From NCBI GenBank assembly GCA_053919585.1, contig CM132801.1: a DNA stretch of 64,000 nucleotides. One strand, 5' to 3'. Source of the DNA: Euprymna scolopes. Lineage: Eukaryota. Below, piece by piece: positions 51,937 to 63,374 of this stretch (positions within the stretch are counted from its first letter, which is position 1; every line of letters starts with the position of its first letter). The translations under genes and the position numbers were made by a program. A model generated the notes under the pieces. It was not told the origin of the DNA and did not search any database. It saw only the letters and a list, made by a program, of their open reading frames with translations.

Positions 51937-52266
51937 AGCTAAATCTTGCTTTCTGACATTTGCATCTACAGCAAATTCTACCTGACCACTAATATTTACT
52001 AATAACCCTATGTACATCAATATTTGTAACACTTTATTTTTTTTTTTATTTGCTTGTGACCATATATACTTTGCATCATGAAATTGATGCAGCTCATGAG
52101 ATCACAAGACAATAGTGAAAATGTACAAGTATAAATAATGCTTACATGATTTGTTTTTTGTTTGTTTCAGTTCATTCATGTCATCACTTGGCACCAAATT
52201 AAATGATTATTGGAATGAAAAATGTGGAACGGGAGTAACGGGAAAAAGTAATTCAAACCCAACCAA
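28543..52266 (+). CDS. MORC3: MORC family (MORC3/4-like) GHKL ATPase + S5 domain gene, partial, 8 coding exons; 5' exons and CW zinc-finger/3' exons not found in window
   Basis: join(28543..28675,32213..32430,39260..39410,41434..41572,43226..43354,47402..47533,49276..49373,52171..52266) is phase-consistent and stop-free. It gives [102 protein letters not shown], which matches the MORC3/MORC4 ATPase-S5 module. The symbol denotes the closest family member; orthology is untested. Confidence 0.95.
28894..29431. mobile_element. long-TIR MITE (Kolobok-like TTAA end)
   Basis: ~200-bp inverted arms ttcggtacttgtacagtttaat.. / ..attaaactgtagaagtaccgaattttccttaa. Confidence 0.8.
30110..30700 (-). mobile_element. 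R4/Dong-type non-LTR retrotransposon 3' end (restriction-like endonuclease), copy 1
   Basis: [42 protein letters not shown]; 3' UTR shared with the 46670 copy. Confidence 0.8.
30862..30935 (+). pseudogene. tRNA-Ala(TGC)-derived pseudogene / SINE head
   Basis: gctcagttggtagagtgctcgcCTTGCATgcaaaaggctcgggtttcaaattc: A box, TGC anticodon loop and decayed B box; stems are imperfect. Confidence 0.6.
31494..31990 (+). mobile_element. second 5S-derived (SINE3-like) copy, more decayed
   Basis: 31494-31609 is 5S-like (aaatcaccaaagttaagcagtgttgagcctg..gagtgaccatttggaaa) and shares variants with the 22555 copy; weak LINE-like NLVG/PLS remnants lie downstream. Confidence 0.65.
32213..32430 (+). CDS. MORC3: MORC exon B (G2 box); followed by a U12-type donor
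   Basis: tttcag|T TTT GGG ... CCA CAA A|gtatcctttt; [72 protein letters not shown]. Confidence 0.93.
33654..34450 (-). mobile_element. Helitron-like non-autonomous element related to the 44590 copy
   Basis: gggggtacctgacgttgcatgggt..gaggcgtgt start and shared ggcataaataacctt. Confidence 0.45.
34744..34960 (-). mobile_element. Penelope-like element N-terminal fragment
   Basis: [15 protein letters not shown] followed by a TA-rich tract, typical of Penelope ORF 5' remnants. Confidence 0.5.
36045..36622. mobile_element. long palindromic foldback element; one arm also present at 2340-2510
   Basis: ~285-bp inverted arms centred near 36342; taaacatgttacattaaataaaaacactaaaaaattatccagttaggtagaaaagtaactt is shared with 2375-2437. 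Confidence 0.85.
38290..38700 (-). mobile_element. Penelope-like GIY-YIG C-terminal remnant
   Basis: reverse strand [24 protein letters not shown] resembles the LKxxEAxxIKxxxPxIN motif at the end of Penelope ORFs. Confidence 0.5.
39260..39410 (+). CDS. MORC3: MORC exon C
   Basis: ttgccttgacactttctctcag|AA ATT ... AAA AG|gttagt; [50 protein letters not shown]. Confidence 0.9.
41434..41572 (+). CDS. MORC3: MORC exon D
   Basis: ttctccctcaag|A GGA ... CTT AGG|gtaaga; [46 protein letters not shown]. Confidence 0.9.
41650..42240 (-). mobile_element. old CR1/L2 RT fragment
   Basis: reverse strand [41 protein letters not shown]. Confidence 0.7.
42340..42949 (-). mobile_element. Helitron-like element with an internal ~80-bp tandem array (about 5 copies, 42480-42860)
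   Basis: ctagcagggacgcccggcgtagccaggt (reverse complement of hairpin + CTAG); repeated gccatcagctataaccgaaaccaaaacttatgaagaattcttgataaaattattt. Confidence 0.65.
43226..43354 (+). CDS. MORC3: MORC exon E (start of S5 domain); followed by a U12-type donor
   Basis: ttttag|GAA TAT ... TGG CTG|gtatcctttt; [43 protein letters not shown]. Confidence 0.93.
43450..43700 (+). mobile_element. RTE LINE 3' fragment
   Basis: [22 protein letters not shown] resembles the RTE C-terminal RPxKTWxxxVxxDL motif. Confidence 0.45.
44590..45263 (-). mobile_element. Helitron-like element, same family as 13810-14373
   Basis: ctagcgggggtaaccggcattgcccgggtg is near reverse complement of 14343-14373; same tandem junction ttatataatagactag. 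Confidence 0.7.
46670..47100 (+). mobile_element. R4/Dong-type restriction-like endonuclease 3' end, copy 2
   Basis: [61 protein letters not shown] (PD..ExxK nuclease signature). Confidence 0.85.
47402..47533 (+). CDS. MORC3: MORC exon F
   Basis: tttcctttaccactctccag|CCA AAA ... AGG CAA|gtgagt; [44 protein letters not shown]. Confidence 0.93.
47860..48310 (-). mobile_element. RTE LINE fragment
   Basis: reverse strand [24 protein letters not shown]. Confidence 0.5.
48568..48940. repeat. (TA)n and (TG)n microsatellites; others at 5099-5132, 44541-44567, 50897-50927, 51883-51932, 54767-54798 and 59930-59968
   Basis: direct inspection. Confidence 0.9.
49276..49373 (+). CDS. MORC3: MORC exon G
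   Basis: tttctcag|GCC AAT ... TAC AA|gtgagt; [32 protein letters not shown]. Confidence 0.95.
51376..51509. other. assembly gap (134 N)
   Basis: run of n. Confidence 1.
52171..52266 (+). CDS. MORC3: MORC exon H (end of S5 domain, start of linker to CW finger)
   Basis: gtttcag|T TCA TTC ... ACC AA|gtgagt; (N)[31 protein letters not shown]. Confidence 0.92.
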
Positions 52267-53132
52267 GTGAGTTATTTTCTAAGACATAAAATTTTAATGA
52301 GTCCCTTTTTTATCCATCATTTCTTCAATAATATTTGAAAGTGTATCAAAAACTAAATATCAACATATGTAATATTTGGAAATATTCAATTTACCTTGAT
52401 ACATTTTTTTTTTTTTAGGCGAGTAAATGTTTCCTCCCAGGAACATCTTAATATGTAGAGGATCATGTATATATATATTGTGACTATTTTCAGTATTTAC
52501 TTCAACAATTCTAAATACATTAGGAATTCTGAAGATACTAGGTACTTAATCTTAACATTTTTTCCTTTCCCTTTACAAAACTCAGTCATTTTCTGCAAAG
52601 TCAAAAACAAAATTTCCTTCTATGAAACAACCAAACCAAATATCATGAATAAATATTTGAAAATATTTAAAAAAAAAAACCTGGAGCATCAAAACTTACC
52701 AAAATTGTTGGATTTGGCATTAAATAACCAGAAAAGGGTTAATATGACGTCAAACCAAACAATCAGTATGTCAGTAGAGAATGTTAGTAGCATGCCAAGT
52801 ATGTTGTACAGAAACTTTTGGATTAAAATTCATTCCCAGAATAGTTTTGTACCACTTATATGTCCCCCTACATGGATATGTTTAACTGTATTTCTAAATT
52901 CATAATGGTCAGTTAGTCAGTTTGAGTGAATCCTGTGCACATAAATAAACATGTATGCATATCAGATTTTATATGAATAGAAATATGGAGATACATTATT
53001 AGAAATCTACATATGATAAATAAACTACACTGAAACGCATTTCATTTCTGATGATTCTTAATAAGCTTTACTCATGTAATTGAATTGTTGAAGTACGTAT
53101 TAAAATCAAAAAAAATGTTAAGTATTATTATA

Positions 53133-54017
53133 CAGACTGGAACGATAAACTTGTCGCCCTAAAGAAAACAACATTATAGCTTTATTTGAAAACTTTTATT
53201 GAAAAAAATCAAGTTACCTGAATTGATTCTGTACTAGAGCTGATATCTATTCAATGTAGACGCTTTCAGCCTCAATCACTGCCTCGATACAGGTCCAGAA
53301 CTAGGAGCATGCCTTTTCCACAAGCGCCAGCGGGAACCTAGCAGATGGCGGCGATTAGGCTGGCTTTGGTGTTGTGGGAGGTCATGTTGGTGATGTTCTT
53401 GCTGTGTGACCAAACGAAGTAGTTCAGCAGGTTTAAGTCTGGGAGTGGAGGGACTAGTGAGAGAAGGGTACAAAGTCGTAGCACTCTTTCTCAAGCTAAG
53501 CCTGGGTCTCTTTGGACTTGTGAACTCGTACTGTGTCTTACTGCCACACCCAGGGTCTGCCAGCAGCCACTTGATTGCACCAGGGAATCACCACACTTTA
53601 GTACATCAAGGTACACTTTGGTGTTGACTTTCAAGCCGACTTCGTAGATGTGTGGTGGCATGATATGGCCCTCACTTGAAACCACACCAAAGACCATAAC
53701 TGTGGCTGAAAACTTTGTTGAGCTATGCTCTCAAGTGTTGAACTATTCGGATTTTCATTTTGGGGGTGCTGGTAATGGTCCTGTTGTCATAACTTGGATC
53801 AGTAGAGAGCATGAGTTGTACAGCGGCACATCTCTGATCTCACTCATTGAACATTGTGTCACTTTCAGACATGATAGAAAACTTCTATTGCTCTTGGGAT
53901 TTGTACACAACTGGCCAATTAGTAGATGGTCTGCAACAAAAAAGAAAAACAGTTTTCATCAAACAGAAATGGGATCCTTTATCTTTTCTAGGGCGACAAT
54001 GTTATCGTTCCATCCTG
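53133..54017 (-). mobile_element. Tc1/mariner (maT/DD37D-like) internally deleted transposon
   Basis: TIRs cagactggaacgataaacttgtcgcccta / tagggcgacaatgttatcgttccatcctg; TA on both flanks; transposase MVFGVVSSEGHIMPPH..KVNTKVYLDVLK and PDLNLLNYFVW. Confidence 0.92.
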
Positions 54018-54225
54018 TATCATATAACTAAATAAAAATGTGTTTGTGTGAATTTGTAAACAAAATTATATGCAAGTATTGTACGTGTACATTTTTTATA
54101 GATAAATCCACCTACAAGCAAAATAAAGTTTGTAATTTATTACTCTTTAAAGGAAATGAATTTTTAAATTGCAAAAAAGAAAAAAAAAAAACTTTATCAT
54201 AAAATTCTTTTTTTCTTTTTCTTAG

Positions 54226-54243
54226 AGCCATTCCATTCGCAAG
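54226..54243 (+). CDS. candidate 18-nt MORC microexon
   Basis: long pyrimidine tract + cttag|AGCCATTCCATTCGCAAG|gttagt; in phase 2 it reads (K)AIPFA(R/S), with no stop. Confidence 0.4.
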
Positions 54244-54763
54244 GTTAGTATTGAATTTTCTTAATATTATTTGATGATGGTGAAAGAAAAAGTGAATGAT
54301 AAGATAAGTGGTGAGAGAAATTTAATGATATAAATATTTGAGATAAGAGAGATGGGGTTCTATTATGACATCACAATATATTGTACAGTAGAACACCAGG
54401 ATATGGCATTAAAAATTAGTAACAAAATACAGTACAGTATCCTAGGGCCACCCGATACCAGGGTTCTACTGTATTCTGAAATCTTTTGTGAAATCTAAGT
54501 AAAAACATTATCAAAATGTTTGAGTTAAATTATTTATTGAACCTGTCCCAGGACAAATAAAATTAATTCTCTGAACAAAAATTTTGCACTATTATATGTC
54601 TCGTATAATGGATCAAATTCTGTACAAATTTGATCTATTTTAATTTTCAAATGGAGGATTGGGCTCATATTATGCTACCTAAAAAGTCTTTAAAATATCA
54701 CAAAGAAACTGAAATTTTGCAAATATTGATTATCTCATACCGAATTCGTTTAGCTATTCACAT

Positions 54764-54802
<39 letters not shown>

Positions 54803-55167
54803 TTTTTTTTTTTTTCGTTTATCACTCCTATGTTACAATTAAAAAGGTTACTGTTATTACAATCAATACATAATATTCTGAAATACTGTGAATAGAGTAC
54901 ACCTCAATGATTAAGAGAGTTTTGTTTGTTTTTTAAATAAATTAATGCTTGATGTTATTAATTTGGAATTGTGTGTGTGTAATGGAATATTTGTGACATT
55001 TATTCAATTTGAGAAAACATTAATTTGTTAAACTTTCATATTGTTCTGTGTATTTTATCAGCTGTGTTGCTTTTATTCGGGCAATAATATTCTTATTTTT
55101 AACTGTTAGTATTTATTGTTATTTATTTTATCCCATATAACAGTTTCATTATTTTCATGATGTATTA

Positions 55168-55900
55168 CAGTGTTCGTATGGACTTGAAAAGTCCTTGAAT
55201 TTTTGCTTTTGCCTTGAAAAGGTCTTATTTCTATTGTTACCTTGAAAATTTGTAAAATGCCTTGAAAACTTCTTGAAAATTGTATTTATATTCAGTAAAA
55301 ATTTGTTAAAATATTAAAAATAAAGTCGAAATAAATACTATCAAATTATATTTTAAGTATTAATCAAAATACCATTAAAATGTTTTTAAAAATATTGGGT
55401 AGTTTTGTGAGAGATTCAAATCTCTGTCTATTTTTGTTCTCATTTATAATTTAATGGGGGGGGGTGTAATGGCAGACGCTATAAATAAAATTACACCCAT
55501 CCTTTCTACAAAAAAATACTTTCCTTGTGCGGATAGGACTGTCTAATATTGAAACTCTAAATTTTGATAATTTAAAATTAGGCCGGCTGAGAAAAAAAAA
55601 AAAAACCTTGTTAGGAAATTAGAAGCTGTAAAGAGAGTTAATATTTGAGATGAAATATAAAGCATTTAAAACTTTTTAAAAACCACAAAAAATGATGCAG
55701 GTCGATTGCAAAGTAACTTTTATTGACTATGGTAACATTTGTTTGTTGTATATTTGATTTTTTTTTTTTTTTACCACTCTTTCGAATTTTTGTGGATTGT
55801 AAAACAAACTCCAAATTTTGTTTTGAAAACTTGAATTTTGTCTGGAGAAAGCTTTGAAAAAGTCCTTGAAAATGGAAATTCAAAATCTGTACAAACCCTG
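55168..55900. mobile_element. hAT-like MITE
   Basis: termini cagtgttcgtatgga / tctgtacaaaccctg; repeated ccttgaaaa subterminal motifs; flanking TATTA direct repeat. Confidence 0.6.
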
Positions 55901-57049
55901 TATTAAAAAAGTTTGTTTTGATTTTACATATTTTCATCAATATTAGTTAGCAGCTAGTGATGAGATGATTCCAATACAATTATCAATTCTAATTCTTTTA
56001 AAACCTCTAAATATTTTGCTTTATTTTTGGATTGCTATAAGAATACATCTAATATGTTCATATATTTCGACACAAGTAAAATTACACTTGTGAAAGTGAT
56101 CTATAGATTTTAGTTTTACTGGTAGTTTAAAATCAATCATTTTGTAAATAGTACAAGTAAAAGAAAATTAATTTTAAAACAATAAAAAGAATCGTTGTTG
56201 GCATCAGGAAATAAGCACATATTTTTCCGATTCTGATTAATAGTCGCAAAACTAATTGTAATGTGTCGTGTTTAATATGTTTATTTTCAGGTTTCAATTT
56301 TACATATGCATTTATCATATTAACCTCTAGAAAACTTATTTTTGGATTAAAAACTGCATTAATCATCTGCTTTGCAATTAATTATGTTATGAATTCGTTG
56401 TTTTTGAAAAGTAAATGTTTTTGATGTAATATGATTTGCTTATTAAAAACATTTACTTTTTCTTTTTTGTATCGAAATTCTTTTTTTATCTAATTCATAT
56501 TTTTAATGTAAAATAATAAGGATTCATTTTTTTTTTTTTTGTATTATAGTAAATTAACACCTCCAGCTATATCACCTCTCTTTCTCTCCAGAAACTATAC
56601 TTTTGTGATTATGTTTGAACACGCTGAAGAACTTGACAGAAAGGAAAAAATTTGGCATGATTGATTTTGCATATAAATTTAACATAAAATTATCCCCCAT
56701 TTCCTGGCCACTATAAAATTTTAGGGCAATTAACAGCTTTAAAAAAAAAAAAAAATGGGGGATTACTTTGTTAATTTTATATATGAAACTGATCTACTGT
56801 TGTGTTGCGGAGGTTCATATTGGGGATATGTTGAATGGGGCTCCGAAAAGGGGCTGATAATGACATATCTATTACACACACGGAGCTGGGACATTTATAC
56901 AAGAGTTCTTGTTAACAAAGAGGAGGGGATATACATTACTTGAGGGGGGAGTTATACAAGGTTCATTAAAATGATGAAAAAACACATTTACCTTTTCGGT
57001 TGTAAAGATGACACAAAGATAACGGTTACAAAATATAGGCGGTGATTTC

Positions 57050-57190
57050 TTTATTCATCTGTCAGCTGATTGATGATATCAGGAATTCAAACTTGTATAA
57101 CTACATGGCCTCTCTTCTACCCTTTGCTTCTAAGGGAGTAACTCCGCTAAGTCGCTCCCGACTCTATCACTGTCACAGTGATTGTGTTCT
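57050..57190 (+). mobile_element. CR1/L2 3' fragment
   Basis: QLIDD..SLLPF..LYHCHSDC resembles LIxDxxLxxxLQPLSHRR..FYRYYHGxC. Confidence 0.4.
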
Positions 57191-59926
57191 GATTCTCTCT
57201 CTAATTCTCCTAATTTCAAACAATATATTTATTTAATAATAATTCTTCTAATTTCAAACAATATATTTATTTAATAAATAAACATCAAATTTTCTGTTGA
57301 AAATATTCAATATATTGAGAAATTACTTTGTTTATGACGTCAGAAGTCTACTGTCAACCATCGTGACTATATCACATTTTCTACATGTCTGTGCAAACAC
57401 ACTTTTGGCAAACAAAGAATTCTCCATTTTAATTGTTCAATATCTAACCTATTTTTAATTATTTATAACTCGTATTGTCCATTCTTTTTGCTGACATATT
57501 TAATATCCAGTTATTCTAAAAGAATGAACAATCGCCTTTTTTCTGACATAAATAACTTTTAGTTATTTCTAAAAGAATTAACAATGGACTGCATTTCTAG
57601 GATTTCAATTATCCACTTGCCTACAGGGTTCGATTCTAGCCTTTTCCTAATATTATTTTCAATTATTTAGTCTGCCTTTTTACTTACATGTGAAGGGGAC
57701 AGCCCTTCTCATGTAACACTACTCTAAATTTTAAAATAATGGAGGGGAGGTCTCCTTTCTGTCAAGTTTTTCTAGTTCATACATAATCACAATATAAAGT
57801 AGAATCTCATTTCAGGAGGGAGAGCAGTGGATTAACTCAAATGAGGGTGTTAATCTATAAATTTACTTGTTTGCCTTTATTAATTGAACTGCATAATTTT
57901 AATGACAAAATTTCAGATTAATCAACGACTTTCTTAAATCTTTGTCAACAAATATTAGAACTGTTGTTTGAATTTTAAACTGTCTTACATTTTTTAAATG
58001 AGGGTGTTTCGTTGTTAGCAGTAATTCTTTATAAAATGAACCTTACAAACCAAACACTTTTTTCTTAATATTAAATCATCAAAATATTAAAATCATCTCT
58101 CAGATGAGGATTAATGCAATGGATAGCTTATCAGTTAAATGTTGCTAAATATTGAGAAAACAATATACACTTTTTCTTTTTTTTTGTCTACCATATTAGA
58201 TGACTATTGCATGTTGACCATGGTAACACAAAGTGACCTTCTCCATGAAACTATTATTTACGTTTTTTTTTCAATGTCCCATTGCAGGGCTCTACAGACA
58301 AATTTATTTTTAATTGGCCTTTGACAATTACGTTTATTGGCCACATAGAAAAGTTTCTAGCCAAACCCACGTGATTTTTGGGATATGACATCTTTGGACC
58401 TTAACAAATGTGTACATCATAAAGATTTTTCTGAATATAAAATTTTTTTTTTTTTTTTTTAAATAATAAATAAACATCAAATTTTCTGTTGAAAATATAA
58501 ACATTTGGATTTCTTCAAATGTTTTTTTAAACAACCTTCATTAAAAAAAAAAAAGGGTATGTTTATTGTTTTAATAATTTGACTTTGCTCATTTTATTAA
58601 AAAAAAAATAATGGCTGAAAAGACATTTTTCACTCTGTAATGAGCTTTGGAAGATTGTTGATGGAAAAACACAATTGGTAAAAGATAAACATTTGATTAT
58701 TTGTAATCGCCACTTGGAAAAATCGCTCACAAATGCGAATGCTGAACTCAATGTAAAGCCCTGCATTGCTTGGGATCATCTTTTACCAAGTAATTCCTAG
58801 TCGTTTTTGGTCTGCTACATCTGTTTAAGCAACAGGTGTTTTGTTCAACATGTATAGACATATTATACAAAACACCAGTTGGATATTATACATGATGCCA
58901 ATACATAGATAAAAACTCTGTGAGTGTCTGTTACATACTTTTCAAGTTTTAGATAGACATAAAAATTTGTCTTTTAGATAATTAATGATTATCCAATAGG
59001 CTGTAAATCAATTAACTTTTAAGCTTGTTGCTTAATGATATACTTGTTAGATTAGCAGGATAATTAATCTTGTCCAATTTAAACTCCCATCAAGATGGCC
59101 TAGGGGCTCTTGCTACCCTCTGTTGTGTTTGATAATATATCCTTCTAAATGTTAATCGATAACATTTCTCATGATCTTAGCTTGTACAGGAAGGGTCAAA
59201 TGTTTAAATCTTTTGTGATCCCTTGTTTAAAATGAGTTTCCTGTTTCCATCATAACACCATCTTTGTCTAAGCAAATATGTCCCCCCCCCCCAGTAATAT
59301 TTCACTCAAGAAACATAGAAAATTATGTTCATGAAATGTCTAAAACATCAACTATTGTGAGCATTCTGTGCTACCATAGTTTTCAATAAAGACAAATCCT
59401 AAATTAAATATTTATTTATTCTTATACTGAATATGATTTGATCAACACTCGTTTCCTGAAGGCTTTTTTTTTTTTTTTTAAGTTCTGGGGTTGAGTTGTT
59501 TTAGAAAAATCTCTTTTGTTCTACTTTGATATAATCTGTAATCAAATTTAAATAAGTCATTCATCTTTCAGCTTTCTCTGTATTTCTCCCATCCACACTC
59601 ATTCCATGTTGACCCAACTACTTTCTAATGGTTCTTGATATGAGTATTTAGAGAAAGAGTGACTCTCTTTGTGTTGTCATCTAATTTACATGTCTCTCTA
59701 TGCACCATAAACATGTAAATTAGATGGCAAAATTAGTATTTTTATTTCTATTATAGAATAATAAAGTATAATAGTCTATATAGTAATAAACATAAAAGAC
59801 TAATAGAGATTTATTATTATTACTTATGCGAGAAGAATGTCTCCAAAGATGTCACAGTTTATGAATGTTCAAATGACATCAAAGTAAAATGAATAGTGGT
59901 TCTTACAACTGTTCATGGGTATGTTA

Positions 59927-59972
<46 letters not shown>

Positions 59973-60454
59973 GTGACAGATCAGAGTTATAACATTGAGA
60001 TTTAATGTCAGTTTCAAAGCAAAAAAAAAGCTAACACTTACTTCTAAGAGAATTAAAAATGTACATTGAACAAATCAGTTTATTGTTTTGTGAAAACTGT
60101 ACATCATCAAAATGAAACTTCATGCAAAATCTCTTCAAATGTCCAGAAAAATAACACCAAAATCTAATGGCAAAATTGGTTTGACAAATATCGAAAAACA
60201 GTTTTAAATCACAGAAAACTTGCATTCAAATATTCAGAAAAAAATATTGAGTTTCATTTTGCATCAGAAGTTGATTCCCATAAGAATAGATCTGAACTAG
60301 ATAAAATAATTGTTTTCTTATATTATCACATACACACGCACGTACATACATTAGGCGAAGCTCTTTGTAAATAAAAACAAATGGAGCACTGTGAGAGTGG
60401 CAGTTGATGTTTGTTTAAAGTATTATTAGATATTATTGCCAAAGGCACCAATCC

Positions 60455-60520
60455 TTTGGTTTGTTGGTTAGAGCTACTATCAACTATATGGTTGTTGGTT
60501 CGATCCCCGGCTCTGGATAG
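60455..60520 (+). mobile_element. tRNA-derived SINE head
   Basis: A-box-like tggtttgttggttagagc and B box ggttcgatcccc. Confidence 0.45.
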
Positions 60521-60807
60521 GTGTTGATCTAGCCACACTGAAGAGCTGCGATACAGCAAAACAGTCTGTTTGGATGATTATATATACATATATATTGAAA
60601 TCTAGATTTTAAGAATCTATCATGCCAAAATTTTTACTTTTTTTTTTAAATTTATTAATAGCATTGAAATTTAAAAAAAAAAATTTTTATTTATGTTAAA
60701 AAGAAAAAATTAACTGAATTTCACCATAATATAACTTTGAAGGTTCTTTTTGCAAATTTTTCTATAATCCAATCTTAATTTTTTTTATTTCTCCATTGTT
60801 TTGACAG

Positions 60808-60819
60808 AATGTTTTCTGG
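60808..60819 (+). CDS. candidate 12-nt MORC microexon
   Basis: ttttttatttctccattgttttgacag|AATGTTTTCTGG|gtatgt; in phase 2 it reads MFS(G), with no stop. Confidence 0.35.
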
Positions 60820-61499
60820 GTATGTATATATTTATTTCTGGCGTGTTATCCTATTGTTATGACTTCCATCAGATTTTTATTAACTTGTATTATTTAGCCT
60901 GAATCGCAATAACAGAATGTTAAAATAACATTAAACGACATTAAAAAAAAACTTTTTATTTTATACTTTATTTGAAGAATTGATACAATATATTTCTTGA
61001 TTTTTTTTTTTTTTTTTTTTTATATATTTATATTACGCCTGTTTTTAATTGCAAATATCGCTCCATACATGACCAGGTATATAATCACCTCCTACCTGGT
61101 TTAGAGAGTGGGTTAGTCTATTGGAATGCTATCTACTTCAATCCAAATTTGTTTTTCTGATAATTGGAAGGAAAATTCATCCCCTCCATATATTATTGCA
61201 CTTTTTTCTTTTGCTAGATACACAATACACACTAACATGACTGTCTTTTAAACTTTATGATCTTGAACCACCGTGTTCACCTGTTTAACGTCCATTTACA
61301 CACATTGTCTCTTTTTCTTTTGTTCTTTCAACAGATTTTCTTGTATTATATCTTCAACACATATTATAAATAGTTCCACACTGAAACCCTTAGTGTGGCC
61401 AAAATAGACTTTACATTTGAGGCCATTGATGGGACGTTTGGATGTGAGTTTTTGTAACTTTGTGACCAGATAGTTTATGATCATTTTTGTAACTTTGTG

Positions 61500-61990
61500 A
61501 TCAGATAGTTTATGATCATAAATGAAGTGCATGATGTGGATTGGCAAAGTTTCTACTTTCTTGCGCAGTTTTACAGTCCAGTTGATACATTCAACTCCCT
61601 AGAAGACTATAGAAAGGACATCAAGTCCAATCAGAATCCTCAAGGGTTTAAAGCAAGGTGGGCCTTTCAACACTTCTATTCTGCATTGTTATGGGATTAG
61701 TTACTTGGGAAACAGAACAATGTAAGTCTGGTCTTTTGTCCAATCTAAGCTATACGAATGACATAGCTGCAATGAATAACTCCAGCTCTGATTTGCAGTT
61801 ATTTCTGGTTAATCTTGTGAAGTACTCATAAGTTGGTTTTCTATTAACATAGCCAAAACTGAATGTATGGTCAACATCAACAAATCAAACAAGTTTGATA
61901 GCTTGTTTACTTTCAGCACAAACTGTCTTTATCTAGCGATGGACAAACGGCTGTAAATCACAGAATTGGTTTAGGTTGGAGACCGTCTTT
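61500..61990 (+). mobile_element. RTE-like RT fragment
   Basis: LQLFLVNLVKYS..SINIAKTECM (region after YADD). Confidence 0.55.
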
Positions 61991-62366
61991 ACAAGAAAAA
62001 AAAACACGTCAACTTCTTAATGCATACTATAGAAATATATCAATTTTGTAATCAAATTATTTTGTGGCAGGAATTTTTTGTTTGTTTTAGAACTCGACAT
62101 TAATCGATTAATAGTTAAGAAAAATCACATGTAATTTATGTGGAGACAAGAAACATGTTCAAAATTGCACAATTTAAGTTATGTTTATCCTTAGAAATTT
62201 TAGGAAACCTAAAATATAGTTTGTTTGCAGAAAAAAAATGAATCAAAATAAAGGTTTAATAACAGTGGAAAGAAAAAATAGGCTACTTTAAATGAAGTAT
62301 CTATATGCCCATATGAGTCTTACTATGAATGGCCGCCGAAATAATTTTAAGAGATGTGTATATATA

Positions 62367-62900
62367 CAAGGGGCATTCCAAAAGTAAGATCTATTTTTTA
62401 ACTAAAAAACTAAAATGGTAAAAAACTGAAAACAGGAGTGGTTCCATTAAAATGAGCAACCTTTTGTGCTCTAGAACTTATTTTTCTACATAGTCACCAC
62501 CATCCTCAATGCTTTTTTGCCGGCCTCTTTTGATTCCTCGGTTGTAAAAGTCTGCAATGTGCTTTGTCATTCACATCTCTGTCCCCAGTCTGAAGTTGAT
62601 AAACCTTTCCCATGACTGTGTGCTGATATCAATTGCGTCAGTTTCATAAACGTTCGACAGGCATCTTTGAATGTTGATTAGACAATTTTCTGAGGAATTC
62701 AATGATGCATCTGTTTCTGACACACGTCCATGACAGGAGTTGCTTTCTTAGTTTCACACCATGAATATCTGCAACAAGGAGATAAAAATTTCAGGTTACG
62801 AATGCATAAGTTCAGTCATCATAATGATGCAATTTGCAATGGTCTACTTGGGCAGAATAAAATGAATAAATAGGAGGAAATACTTTTGAAAAGTCTCTCA
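62367..62900 (-). mobile_element. mariner deletion derivative
   Basis: TA-flanked degenerate TIRs caaggggcattccaaaagta / tacttttgaaaagtctctca; reverse strand IEDGGDYVEK* is the mariner C-terminus. Confidence 0.7.
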
Positions 62901-63330
62901 TACAATAACTTGCCGGTCATATCAAACATTACACAGGAGGCCATCAAGCCAGACATTGTTATATGGAATAAACCTGAATAGACTGCTCTCATTATTAATG
63001 TAACTATTCCAAATGACTATGGTCTCAATAGAGCTGAATGCAAAAAGATAATGAAATACCTGAAGAATGATTTAAAAACAACATAATTTTTTAAACAAAT
63101 AAACATTATACCGGTTGCAGTAGAGAAACTATTCTAAAAAAAAAAAACTTTAAAAATATTTAGACATCATCGCTGGAAGACCAAACTGTAGCAAAATATA
63201 GATAACAACCATAAAAGGGACAATGTCTATTGTTAAGAGCTCTCAGATCTAAATTTATTTTGTAATGAAATTAAATATTAGCTCCAGAAAAGATCCTCTT
63301 GATCTCTTCGAATAAACTGAATTAAAATAA
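62901..63330 (+). mobile_element. R4/Dong-type restriction-like endonuclease 3' end, copy 3 (divergent)
   Basis: [39 protein letters not shown]. Confidence 0.8.
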
Positions 63331-63343
63331 ATTTTTTTTAGTC

Positions 63344-63374
<31 letters not shown>

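Noticed and set aside
52465-52905. 146-aa ORF after exon H
   Set aside because: AT-rich and low-complexity, with no CW or coiled-coil motif and no splice-site support.
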